The notes beneath the pieces are model-generated. The model had not been told where the DNA came from. It made no database searches and saw only the letters and a program-made list of their open reading frames with translations. 64,000 nucleotides of DNA from an uncultured candidate division Zixibacteria bacterium (GTDB taxonomy: Bacteria; Zixibacteria; MSB-5A5; GN15; FEB-12). This document shows positions 30,747-39,500 of this stretch, in pieces. A program made the position numbers and the translations under genes. Position 1 is the stretch's first letter, and each line of letters opens with the position of its first letter. The stretch is from assembly GCA_963711085.1 (NCBI GenBank), contig CAVQCT010000002.1:1227678-1291677 (forward strand). Reading direction: 5' to 3'.

Positions 30747-32723
30747 CTACTTCGAATTCTTTTCGAAACCGCGATAGGCCAGCCATCCCATAACGATCGC
30801 CAGGCCGAAAAACATGATAAGAGACAGCCAGGGGCCGAACCATCCGGTCAGCGTCGCCATCATCCCGTCATGATCGTCATAGAAATGCTCGTACGACGTC
30901 CATGTCCCGATGAAGAAGGCTACCAGCACTCCAATCAGGGCGTCACCCGCCACGAGTCCCGATGCGAACAGGATGCCGTGTTCATTTCTCGATTTGAAAG
31001 TGGTCTCGTTAGAAACCTTATTGATAATCCATGCGATCAGGCCGCCGGTCATGATTGGAGTGGAGAGCGAAAGGGGGAGATATAATCCGATGGCAAAGGG
31101 CAGCGATGACACCCCGAGCAGTTCGACCGCTAGGGCGATCATCCCGCCTACGATGATCGGCAGCCAGGGGAGATTCGCGTTCATTACCCCCATCACAACC
31201 GTAGCCATCACATTGGCTTGCGGAGCGAGGAGCGGCGCGCGTTCGGTCGCTCCCGGCACGAAGCCGAATGCCTGATTCAGGAAGAAGACGGTGAACCCCA
31301 TCGCGATTGCCGGGAAAAGCAGCCCTATGAACTCGGTAACCTGTTGTTTCCAGGGGGTGGCGCCGAGCAGGTAGCCGGTCTTGAGATCCTGAGCAATGTC
31401 CCCGGAGAGACACACGGCGATACAGACGATTGTGCCAACGGTCATCACGGTGATCATTCCGGTGACTCCAGAAACTCCAAAGTAGAGGAGGATCAAAGAG
31501 GTCACCAACAGGGTCGCGATAGTCATTCCCGAGACGGGTGAAGACGACGACCCGACAATACCGACAATTCTAGCGGCGACGACTACAAAGAAGAATCCGA
31601 ACAACACCGCCATGACCACGCCGAGGAAGTGAAGGTCGGTGTTCGGAAGCGCCCAGATGATGATTACACAGGCGAGGATGCCGAGCAACACCCACTTCAT
31701 GGGGATGTCCCTGTCAGTGCGAGCGATATTCGCGGCTTCGTGCTTGGAGCCGATCAATTCGCCGAATCCTTTGCCGAACGATGATATGATCGTCGGGAAG
31801 GATTTGATGAGAGAAATGAATCCGCCCAATGCGACAGCACCGACACCCAGATATTTGATATAGAAATCACGAAGTTGATCCGGGCTCATATCGGACAGGG
31901 GAATGGTGCCGGGAGTGATGATTGTGCCGGGGATCTGATGGCCGATAAAGGCAAGCAACGGACCAATTCCGAGGTAGCCAAGAACGGCGCCGGCGAGCAT
32001 AAGCGCCGATATTTGCGGGCCGATGATGTAGCCGACTCCAAGCAGGGCCGGAGTGGCATCGACACCGATCGTTCCGCCTTTGAGAATCCCTTTGAAGTCA
32101 TAATTGACCGACTCCGACCATGCTTTGAGCATGTTCATGAGGACCTTGTACAGGGCGCCCAGACCGATACCGGTGAAGACCATTTTGGCTTTGCCGCCCC
32201 CTGCGTCGCCGGCGATGATAATCTCGGCGCACGCCGTTCCTTCGGGAAACGCCAGCTTGCCGTGTTCGCGCTCGACCAGGTACTTGCGGAGGGGAATCAT
32301 CATAAGGATGCCCAGGGCACCACCCAGCATGGACAGCCAGAATATCTGCATTTTGGTCACTTCGTGATGGTACCCGGCCGCGACGAGCGACTGGTTGGCG
32401 CTCCAGATGAAGAAAGCCGGGATCGTGAATATGATACCGGCAGCGAGCGACTCTCCCGCTGAGCCGATCGTTTGAACAATGTTGTTCTCGAGTACCGTGA
32501 CCTTCTTGAAGAACAGCCTCAGCACCGCCATTGAGATAACGGCCGCCGGAATCGAGGCGGACACGGTCATGCCGAATTTCAATCCCAGATAGGCGTTTGC
32601 CACGCCAAATACGACCGAAATAATTGAGCCAAGAATAATCGTCTTCCAGGTCACTTCAGCCATGCTCTGGCCGGCCGGGACGAATGGTTGGAACGCCTGT
32701 TGGTCCTGTTGCTTTTGTGCCAC
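30747..32723 (-). CDS. OPT family oligopeptide transporter
   Basis: Polytopic ORF with the OPT N-terminal signature FQPFVPAGQSMAEVTWKTIILG...ANAYLGLKFGMTVSASIPAAV. GTG 32723 is preceded by GGAGG. The track ORF extends to 32882. Confidence 0.85.
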   Translation of the reverse strand: MAQKQQDQQAFQPFVPAGQSMAEVTWKTIILGSIISVVFGVANAYLGLKFGMTVSASIPAAVISMAVLRLFFKKVTVLENNIVQTIGSAGESLAAGIIFTIPAFFIWSANQSLVAAGYHHEVTKMQIFWLSMLGGALGILMMIPLRKYLVEREHGKLAFPEGTACAEIIIAGDAGGGKAKMVFTGIGLGALYKVLMNMLKAWSESVNYDFKGILKGGTIGVDATPALLGVGYIIGPQISALMLAGAVLGYLGIGPLLAFIGHQIPGTIITPGTIPLSDMSPDQLRDFYIKYLGVGAVALGGFISLIKSFPTIISSFGKGFGELIGSKHEAANIARTDRDIPMKWVLLGILACVIIIWALPNTDLHFLGVVMAVLFGFFFVVVAARIVGIVGSSSSPVSGMTIATLLVTSLILLYFGVSGVTGMITVMTVGTIVCIAVCLSGDIAQDLKTGYLLGATPWKQQVTEFIGLLFPAIAMGFTVFFLNQAFGFVPGATERAPLLAPQANVMATVVMGVMNANLPWLPIIVGGMIALAVELLGVSSLPFAIGLYLPLSLSTPIMTGGLIAWIINKVSNETTFKSRNEHGILFASGLVAGDALIGVLVAFFIGTWTSYEHFYDDHDGMMATLTGWFGPWLSLIMFFGLAIVMGWLAYRGFEKNSK

Positions 32724-33105
32724 TCTACCTCCAGCTTGGATATGAAATTTCGTGATAAGTGGTTCTAAGAATAAGGGTGAGTCGTTTGATGTCAAGCATT
32801 TAGTTCCGGTCAGGGGGACGAACAACCTTGTCCAACCGTCCGCCGCGCCCTCAGTCGTCATCGCATGTGAAAGTCTTCGCATGCCGTCGGATTCGGTACC
32901 ACATTTCGCGCAGTTTGTGCGTCAATTAAGGGACCGGAATATACTTTTAATCTTCTGTTAAAATAGTGTAAAACGGGAACGAACCGAGTATCGTTATTGT
33001 AGAAGATTGGAAGCCGGACATGCTCCGGTCACGTTTGTGGGAACGAATCATGTCAGGGCATCGCATCGTACGCTTTCGCAATATCTGTAGGATTGACAAT
33101 AAAAC

Positions 33106-33134
33106 TTGACAATGTTTAACGTGGTTTCTATTTT
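33106..33134 (+). promoter_or_regulatory. Putative sigma70-type promoter upstream of the T9SS cargo gene
   Basis: TTGACA (33106..33111), 17-nt spacer, TATTTT (33129..33134). This implies a ~170-nt 5' UTR. Confidence 0.45.
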
Positions 33135-33309
33135 ATTATCGAGGAAATAGGTAATCTTTCGACACGCGATATTAATTCACAGAGTAACTTAAGAACTGAG
33201 TACGTAAATTTCGTATTACGGATGGAATAGCTGTCATGTTCGCGCAGTCAATGGAGTGAATCTACGTGACAGCAGTTAAAGCAACACAAACCCGTTGAGG
33301 AGGTGAACC

Positions 33310-34134
33310 TTGACAAAACGTCTTTACCTGATTCTCGTCGTCGCTGTCGCGCTTTTGGTGCCTTCGATGATTCTTGCCGGCACCAATGCGTTTAGCGTTG
33401 GCCAAGCTGTCGCTAAACAGGCCGACAACGTTGCCGATAACGTTGTGGTTGTACCTCTGGTAATCAGCAATGACGTCCCGCTTGCCGGTATCGATATTCC
33501 GCTTTCGTTCTCTGAGGGAGTCACTCTGAAGCAGGTCGATTTTACCGACACCCGTGTGTCCTATTTCGACTTCAAAGTAGCCAACATCAATAACGACAAA
33601 CATACCGTCGTTATCGGGCTGCTGCCTCAGTTCTCTCCGGTGAAAAAGCCGGAACTTGCCGTCGGTAGCGGTGTCGTTGCCAATCTGGTGTTTGAGGTGA
33701 CCGATCCGACCGTGAAGGATGTCAACATCCAGACGGTAGTTTTGAAGGACCCGAATCACCAGCTGATGTTTGTCTCTCATAACCCGAAAGACAACAGCCT
33801 GGTAACAACCAAACCGGAGTTTGCCGGTGTCAACGTGGCCCTGTCCAGTGTGGCGGGTAACGGTCTCCCGGACAAGTTCGCCCTTTCGCAGAACTATCCG
33901 AACCCGTTCAACCCAACGACCCAGATCTCTTTCGACCTGCCGGTAGCCGCCAAGGTGACGCTTGACGTCTTCAATGTGCTGGGACAGAAAGTCTCAACTC
34001 TGGTCGATGAAAATATGGATGCCGGCTCTCATGTTGTCGAATTCGACGGCGCGAGCTACGCCAGCGGTGTCTATTTCTACCACATTTCGGCGGGCAACTT
34101 CTCGCAGACCAAAAAAATGGTCATGCTGAAGTAG
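33310..34134 (+). CDS. Secreted cohesin-like domain protein with T9SS type-A C-terminal sorting domain
   Basis: TTG start after GGAGGTG, then a signal peptide. The cohesin-like segment includes VVVPLVISNDVPLAGIDIPLSF. The C-terminal FALSQNYPNPFNPTTQISFDLP...GVYFYHI...KMVMLK matches the por_Secre_tail pattern. Confidence 0.75.
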   Translation: MTKRLYLILVVAVALLVPSMILAGTNAFSVGQAVAKQADNVADNVVVVPLVISNDVPLAGIDIPLSFSEGVTLKQVDFTDTRVSYFDFKVANINNDKHTVVIGLLPQFSPVKKPELAVGSGVVANLVFEVTDPTVKDVNIQTVVLKDPNHQLMFVSHNPKDNSLVTTKPEFAGVNVALSSVAGNGLPDKFALSQNYPNPFNPTTQISFDLPVAAKVTLDVFNVLGQKVSTLVDENMDAGSHVVEFDGASYASGVYFYHISAGNFSQTKKMVMLK

Positions 34135-34202
34135 TCTTGAGTAACGAAAGTGACGATTAGTAAAGCGATGTAAGTCGTAGATAAAGTTCAATAAAGTATT
34201 CG

Positions 34203-34240
34203 GAGCCCTTTCCTTTGAAGCGGGAAAGGGCTCATTTTTT
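34203..34240 (+). terminator. Rho-independent terminator after the T9SS cargo gene
   Basis: GAGCCCTTTCC (34203..34213) pairs with GGAAAGGGCTC (34223..34233), followed by T6. Confidence 0.7.
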
Positions 34241-34496
34241 GCCCCGAATTATATCCTGCGCCATAATCTCAACAATTCCTGCGAATTAGCCGACTTCGGC
34301 CCTGTCTTGTATTTCGATGTCGCATTGTAAGCTGATGTAAAATAATGTGTTATGCGATGGCGCCCGGCCCGGCATGCTATTTGATTGTATTAAAAGTATT
34401 CCGGGACGCGAAGGCGGTCCGCAACCTGCCCGAAAAGACTGGATGGCTTTATTGGCGGTTGAGCTATCAAGTTTGTCCTGGATGGTGAGGAGAGAG

Positions 34497-34530
34497 AAGG
34501 TCTCAACATCTGTTGAGACCTTTTGTTTTG
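34497..34530 (+). terminator. Second, orphan plus-strand intrinsic terminator
   Basis: AAGGTCTCAACA pairs with TGTTGAGACCTT and is followed by TTGTTTTG. No annotated plus-strand gene lies between it and the previous terminator. Confidence 0.45.
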
Positions 34531-34561
34531 CATCAGATTCTAAACTGAATTTCTGGGGCGA

Positions 34562-35638
34562 CTATTTGATTACCACAAGCTGGAGATCCTCGTCTCGTGC
34601 CGGGGGGACAGTGACCGTCAACTCGGAACCGTCCATCAGGGTCACCGCAACCTCGGGCAGATGTTTGGCCGACGTATATCGTGCCGTAATCATCGCCGCC
34701 TTTTGAAGATTCCCTTCGCTCGTATTCCCAATCACCAGAGTAACCGGAGATCCAACTCCGAGCGCCTCAAGGTGAACATGCTCCGGTTTGCGAAGCGCGA
34801 GTAATTGCTTGTTCTCAGTTTCGTCCCGTCCGACGATCACTTTCGTCTGACTGTCGATTCTGAAATGTCGCCCGACCCGCAGAAGGTTCAGGTCTTCGAA
34901 ACTGAGCCTGCCCGAATGGGCCAGAAGGTCCCTAAGGCGGTTTGAATAGCCGGCATCGGTCAGCAGACAACCGGAAGCAGGGGAGGGATAATCATCAAGA
35001 CCGAACTCTGCGGCCAGCTCGAGTTGCCGTTTGCGGCTCCGTCCCTGGATTCCTTCGAGTTTCTCGCGGTCTAGCATGCCGTTGAGCTCAGGTTCGGTCG
35101 GCGGAAGCAGTTTTGCCGACATCGGCCTGACCAGCTTCCCTTTGAGGCCGGTCTCCTTCTCGATCAGGTTCATCTTGTTTCTCACCTGCGACATCGGCCG
35201 CTGCCCCATAACTTCGCCGGTAATGATGAAGTCGGCGTTGATCATATCCATGAATTCTTTAGCCTCGTTGAGCATGAGAATGCGGCAGTCGGTGCAGACA
35301 TTCATGTTTTTGCCGCGGCCGAATTTCGGGTTTTCCACGATATCAACGAACTTCTGGCCGAGGTGCATCAGCTTGACATTGAATCCGAACTTCTCAGCCG
35401 CTGGATAGGGATTCGAGCCACAGGATGAGCGATCGCCAAGATCACACCCGAAGTGGGTCATGAAGGTAAGGGCGGTGACCTCGATATTCTGCCGGAGCAT
35501 CAGGAGGATGGCGAGGGCGGAATCGAGCCCGCCTGAGAAGAGGGCGACGGCATGGCCGCGTTTTTCGTGAGCATTGTTATACATAGGTTGTTTGCCGGCG
35601 TTGTTCTTACCGTCAGGCTGTAGTATAACGAATGACAA
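34562..35638 (-). CDS. PP-loop ATP pyrophosphatase, ThiI/MnmA-like (probable tRNA thiolation enzyme)
   Basis: SGGLDS PP-loop, CTDCRILM and ITGEVMGQRPMSQ resemble the ThiI C-terminal / tRNA sulfurtransferase family. The start is ambiguous (TTG 35638 or ATG 35584). Confidence 0.6.
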   Translation of the reverse strand: MSFVILQPDGKNNAGKQPMYNNAHEKRGHAVALFSGGLDSALAILLMLRQNIEVTALTFMTHFGCDLGDRSSCGSNPYPAAEKFGFNVKLMHLGQKFVDIVENPKFGRGKNMNVCTDCRILMLNEAKEFMDMINADFIITGEVMGQRPMSQVRNKMNLIEKETGLKGKLVRPMSAKLLPPTEPELNGMLDREKLEGIQGRSRKRQLELAAEFGLDDYPSPASGCLLTDAGYSNRLRDLLAHSGRLSFEDLNLLRVGRHFRIDSQTKVIVGRDETENKQLLALRKPEHVHLEALGVGSPVTLVIGNTSEGNLQKAAMITARYTSAKHLPEVAVTLMDGSELTVTVPPARDEDLQLVVIK

Positions 35639-35822
35639 AGGGCTTGTCTTTGAATTTTTTTCAGCTTATTATTTCATTCCTGACAAACTTCATGTGAAGT
35701 AAGACGTTATAGCGCTCAAACGCCCCGTAGCCTGAAAGGACCAGCCCATTCTCGCCTGGCTTAATAGAGGCCTTAAGCACTTTGCGTACGTTACGCAGAG
35801 CCTTTTTCTGTTCTCGCTCCGC

Positions 35823-36533
35823 ATGGTTGGAGGACTGTTCAGCGGTCCCTTTTATCTGATGGAGACGCGTGAGCAGATGTATATCATTGGCATCGGTTCG
35901 CTCTATCTTGTCGCTCTCACTGGAATCTTTGCCGGGCAGGGGTTCGCGCTGGCTTTTTCAGTAGAACTGGCCGACTTCGGCGCCAAAGACTATCTCGGCC
36001 GAATCCTCTCAATCGCGATCCTCAGGGAGCTTGGGCCGGTGCTCACGGCACTCATGATCGCCGCGCGCGTGGCTGCCGGCATCACGGCAGAACTGGGCGC
36101 CATGAAGGCCTCAAACCAGCTCGATGCCATGGTGGCTTTCGGCATCGATCCAATCAAGAAGCTGGCGGTACCGCGGCTTATCTCGCTGATAATTATGGTG
36201 CCGGCTCTGACCGTGGCGTGCGATGCGATCGCACTTATTGGCGGGTATATCGTCGCCCTTCTCATCGCCCACGTGACCTCCACCATGTACTGGACGGCAG
36301 TAAGGGATAGATTGACCTTCGGAAACATGTTTGTCGGCTTGCTTAAGCCGTTTGTCTTCTCGTTCGTAATCGCATTCGTGTCTTGCTACAAAGGATTCTC
36401 CGCCGAAGGTGGCACCAAAGGTGTCGGACGGGCTACCACTGAGTCGGTCGTACTTTCTTCAATTTCGATCCTGGTCGTCAACTTCCTGATCACCAAGCTC
36501 GTCTTTTCGCTCATTAAGGGATGGCTGTTATGA
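35823..36533 (+). CDS. mlaE: MlaE-type ABC transporter permease
   Basis: Polytopic ORF with ILRELGPVLTALMIAARVAAGITAELGAMK, typical of MlaE. Homologous N-terminal sequence continues upstream of the ATG to 35736 with no ATG/GTG/TTG (see findings). Confidence 0.8.
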   Translation: MVGGLFSGPFYLMETREQMYIIGIGSLYLVALTGIFAGQGFALAFSVELADFGAKDYLGRILSIAILRELGPVLTALMIAARVAAGITAELGAMKASNQLDAMVAFGIDPIKKLAVPRLISLIIMVPALTVACDAIALIGGYIVALLIAHVTSTMYWTAVRDRLTFGNMFVGLLKPFVFSFVIAFVSCYKGFSAEGGTKGVGRATTESVVLSSISILVVNFLITKLVFSLIKGWLL

Positions 36534-37303
36534 TCGAGCTGAGAAATGTAACCTTTTCCTATGGCGAGAAACCGGTCCTTCAGGATGTCTCTTTTGTCGT
36601 CCAGACCGGCGAGTCGTGTATCATCATGGGACCTTCGGGTTCAGGAAAATCGACCATCCTTCGCCTCATCCTCGGGCTCAATTGTCCGCAGTCCGGGGCA
36701 ATATTGATCGACGGCCAGAATATCTGTACCATGAAGGAAAAGGACAAGCGGGAGATCCGCAAAGAGATCGGGATGGTATTTCAGGACGGCGCTCTGTTCG
36801 ACTCGCTGTCGGTCTGGGAGAACGTGGGATATTACCTTCTGGAGCACACTGATATGCCTGTCGAAGAGATCGGACAGAAAGCCGTAGAGATGCTGGGATT
36901 CGTCGGGCTCGACGCCGAGGAGATCCAGGATAAACTTCCGGAGCAGCTCTCCGGTGGAATGCAGCGGAGAGTGGCGATAGGAAGAGCGTTGCTGTCAACC
37001 GACCCGAAGATTATGCTCTACGATGAGCCGACAACCGGGCTTGACCCGCAGTCGACCGACAACGTACTGCACCTGATAACCAAGCTAAAGAACGAACGAC
37101 AGATTTCCACTATTGTCGTGACACACCAGATCGCCGATGCCATTTCGATCGCCGACCGTTTCGTGGTGATTCTCGATGGACGGGTGGCTTTCGACGGTAG
37201 TCTGATTGAATTGCGCGACTCGACTCACCCGGGGGTACGGGAGTTTCTTGGCCCGTTCATTGAGTCGTTTGGGCGAGTCGCCGATCGAAAATTCATAAGG
37301 TAG
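36521..37303 (+). CDS. mlaF: MlaF-type ABC transporter ATP-binding protein
   Basis: Walker A GPSGSGKST, signature LSGGMQRR, Walker B IMLYDEPTTGLD. It overlaps mlaE. Confidence 0.85.
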   Translation: MAVMIELRNVTFSYGEKPVLQDVSFVVQTGESCIIMGPSGSGKSTILRLILGLNCPQSGAILIDGQNICTMKEKDKREIRKEIGMVFQDGALFDSLSVWENVGYYLLEHTDMPVEEIGQKAVEMLGFVGLDAEEIQDKLPEQLSGGMQRRVAIGRALLSTDPKIMLYDEPTTGLDPQSTDNVLHLITKLKNERQISTIVVTHQIADAISIADRFVVILDGRVAFDGSLIELRDSTHPGVREFLGPFIESFGRVADRKFIR

Positions 37304-37375
37304 TAGCCAACGAAAAGATAATTGATGTAATGAATCGAATATTGCCCGTATGAATCGAACATAGAGGCTTGTAAT

Positions 37376-38311
37376 ATGAAACGAACGACAGTTATCAAAT
37401 GGGGTTCTCTCAAGATCGGGCTATTGCTCACCCTGGTCATTGCTGCCCTCTTGTGGGCATCGCTCAGCGGCGGCGGCACTTCGATCTTCGAATCCAAAGG
37501 GAAGTTTGTCTGCTACTTCCATAATGTGGAGGGGCTTGTTCCCGGTTCGCCGATCTGGATGTCCGGTGTCGAGGTAGGTAACGTCAGATCCGTTACTTTT
37601 GTCAACCTCGATTCATTGAGGCAGGTTGAGGTTGTCTGTCGGGTAAAGAAGGAAGTCTGGAATCGACTGACTTCGGATGCCCGGGTACAACTGGGTACGA
37701 TAGGTTTTCTCGGCGACAAGTATATCGAAATCATTCCGGGATTAGAGCCGGGCCCACCTATCCAGCAGATGGCTGTGATCAAGACCCGCGATGCGGGCAG
37801 TGCGACGAGGGTATTCAAGGCTGGTGAGATGGCCATTAATGACGCCAAAGGATCTGTGATGCGTTTGGATACGCTGCTTGCCGGGATGAACGCAGGTAAA
37901 GGAACTCTGGGGAAGATGGTGACTGATGACCGGATGTACAACGAAATCGTCGCTCTGCTCGCCAAATTGACCGTGCTGACGACCGAGCTTCAGAAGAACC
38001 AGGCCTCAATCACCAGCTCGATCGAGAAAACTTCTAATTCCCTCGAGAGCCTGAGCAGGAAGGTCGACGAAAACACCGGGACGGTCGGCCGACTGGTCAA
38101 CGATCCTCAACTCTACGACAACCTCGTCCTGTCGACTGCGAAACTTGATACCATTCTTCAGAAGATGAATCAGGCCCAGGGAAGTCTCGGCCTTTTGGTG
38201 AACGATACCGGCTTGTATGTGGAAATGACCAATCTGATGGCGCGCATGAATACGCTGGTGACGGACATTCAGGACAACCCGAGGAAGTACTTCAAGTTCA
38301 GCGTATTCTAG
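37376..38311 (+). CDS. mlaD: MlaD-type MCE-domain substrate-binding protein
   Basis: N-terminal TM anchor, MCE domain (GLVPGSPIWMSGVEVGNV), and a coiled C-terminal extension. Confidence 0.75.
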   Translation: MKRTTVIKWGSLKIGLLLTLVIAALLWASLSGGGTSIFESKGKFVCYFHNVEGLVPGSPIWMSGVEVGNVRSVTFVNLDSLRQVEVVCRVKKEVWNRLTSDARVQLGTIGFLGDKYIEIIPGLEPGPPIQQMAVIKTRDAGSATRVFKAGEMAINDAKGSVMRLDTLLAGMNAGKGTLGKMVTDDRMYNEIVALLAKLTVLTTELQKNQASITSSIEKTSNSLESLSRKVDENTGTVGRLVNDPQLYDNLVLSTAKLDTILQKMNQAQGSLGLLVNDTGLYVEMTNLMARMNTLVTDIQDNPRKYFKFSVF

Positions 38312-38322
38312 ATTGAAACGGC

Positions 38323-39309
38323 TTATCTGGTGCGGGCCGATGCGCGGATACCATCGAGAAGGAGTCGATACGGCGACTTCTCGGAATTGGCGCGAATCGC
38401 AGTGTAACACTGGTCGCAGAGATTGGTCGTGCTGAACTCGCGTCGAAGCTGTTCGCGCGAATCGTACCCTTGGCGATTCATTCCGCACGGGCTGACCTTT
38501 CCCCACGGTGTCACAATCAGGAAGCGATTGCCTGCCCGACAATCCTCTCTTCTTCCGGTCGCAAAGAATTTTACCATCTGTCTGAGCGTCCAGGCCGATG
38601 ACATGATCGGGTAGCCAGACTCTTGCATTGCGATCAGTTTCTCGACAACTTCCTTCAATTCCGCAAGGTCGTCCGGTTTGTTGATCAGATAGTGCTCTTT
38701 TCCGGTGCGAAGAGAATTGTAAGTGCTGAAGTTGATTGCGACCCCCCATTCACGGGCAAGGGCCGCCATGCGGGGAAGATCCCTGAAATTGTCGCTCTGG
38801 ACAACGCAGGCAAGGACGACGTCATCGTTTCCGTGAGCAACGATGATCTGGATTATCTCCGCGATATGCTGGAAGTTGTTCTTGAGGTTTCTGAAGATAT
38901 TGTGACGGCCATCCGGATAATCCAACGAAAATGAAAACTGGTCGATACCGGCATCGCGAAGTTCCAGGTAACGACCTTCATTGAGGTTCTGGACATTGGT
39001 GGTAATCACGAAGACGGCTACCGGGTCTCGGTCACGCATCGCACGGACGATTTGCACCAGGTCTTTGCGCAGCGTCGGCTCGCCGCCTGAAATCTGTGCA
39101 ACTGCCGGTCTCAACTCCTGAAGCCAATCGGCGAAGACCTCCCCCGACATCCGAGGTTCTTCGACATACTCCCCAAGATCGCAATGAGAGCATCGCGCGT
39201 TGCAGTTGTATGTAATCTCGAATGAGACGGTAATAGGCCGACCGATCATGATATTGAGGCCGGTGCGAGCGGCGATGCGAATCTTGCGGGCGGTTGACAG
39301 ACTATTCAT
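38323..39309 (-). CDS. Radical SAM protein with C-terminal Cys-rich (SPASM/twitch-like) region
   Basis: CNARCSHC (CxxxCxxC), an SGGEPTL glycine-rich SAM motif, and C-terminal C..C...CDQC cysteines. The internal ATG 39309 is preferred over track start 39354. Confidence 0.75.
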   Translation of the reverse strand: MNSLSTARKIRIAARTGLNIMIGRPITVSFEITYNCNARCSHCDLGEYVEEPRMSGEVFADWLQELRPAVAQISGGEPTLRKDLVQIVRAMRDRDPVAVFVITTNVQNLNEGRYLELRDAGIDQFSFSLDYPDGRHNIFRNLKNNFQHIAEIIQIIVAHGNDDVVLACVVQSDNFRDLPRMAALAREWGVAINFSTYNSLRTGKEHYLINKPDDLAELKEVVEKLIAMQESGYPIMSSAWTLRQMVKFFATGRREDCRAGNRFLIVTPWGKVSPCGMNRQGYDSREQLRREFSTTNLCDQCYTAIRANSEKSPYRLLLDGIRASARTR

Positions 39310-39500
39310 CGTCGAAAATCCCTTATTATCTTCGGTAACTACAAAACCTAGCACACGCCAACATTCAGGTCAACCAAAAACTGACCGTCCTGTCGGCGTT
39401 TGACGATCGGCTAATCGCATTCTTGTTGCCGTGGATTGTGACCGTCCGTATTTTGTCGCAAAGACCGGGTTGATGATTTATTAAGACAGGAGGTCACGGG

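Noticed and set aside
34347-34706. A 119-aa plus-strand ORF in the intergenic region after the T9SS cargo gene.
   Set aside because: It reads through an intrinsic terminator hairpin and continues antisense into the PP-loop gene. It has no RBS and a low-complexity composition.
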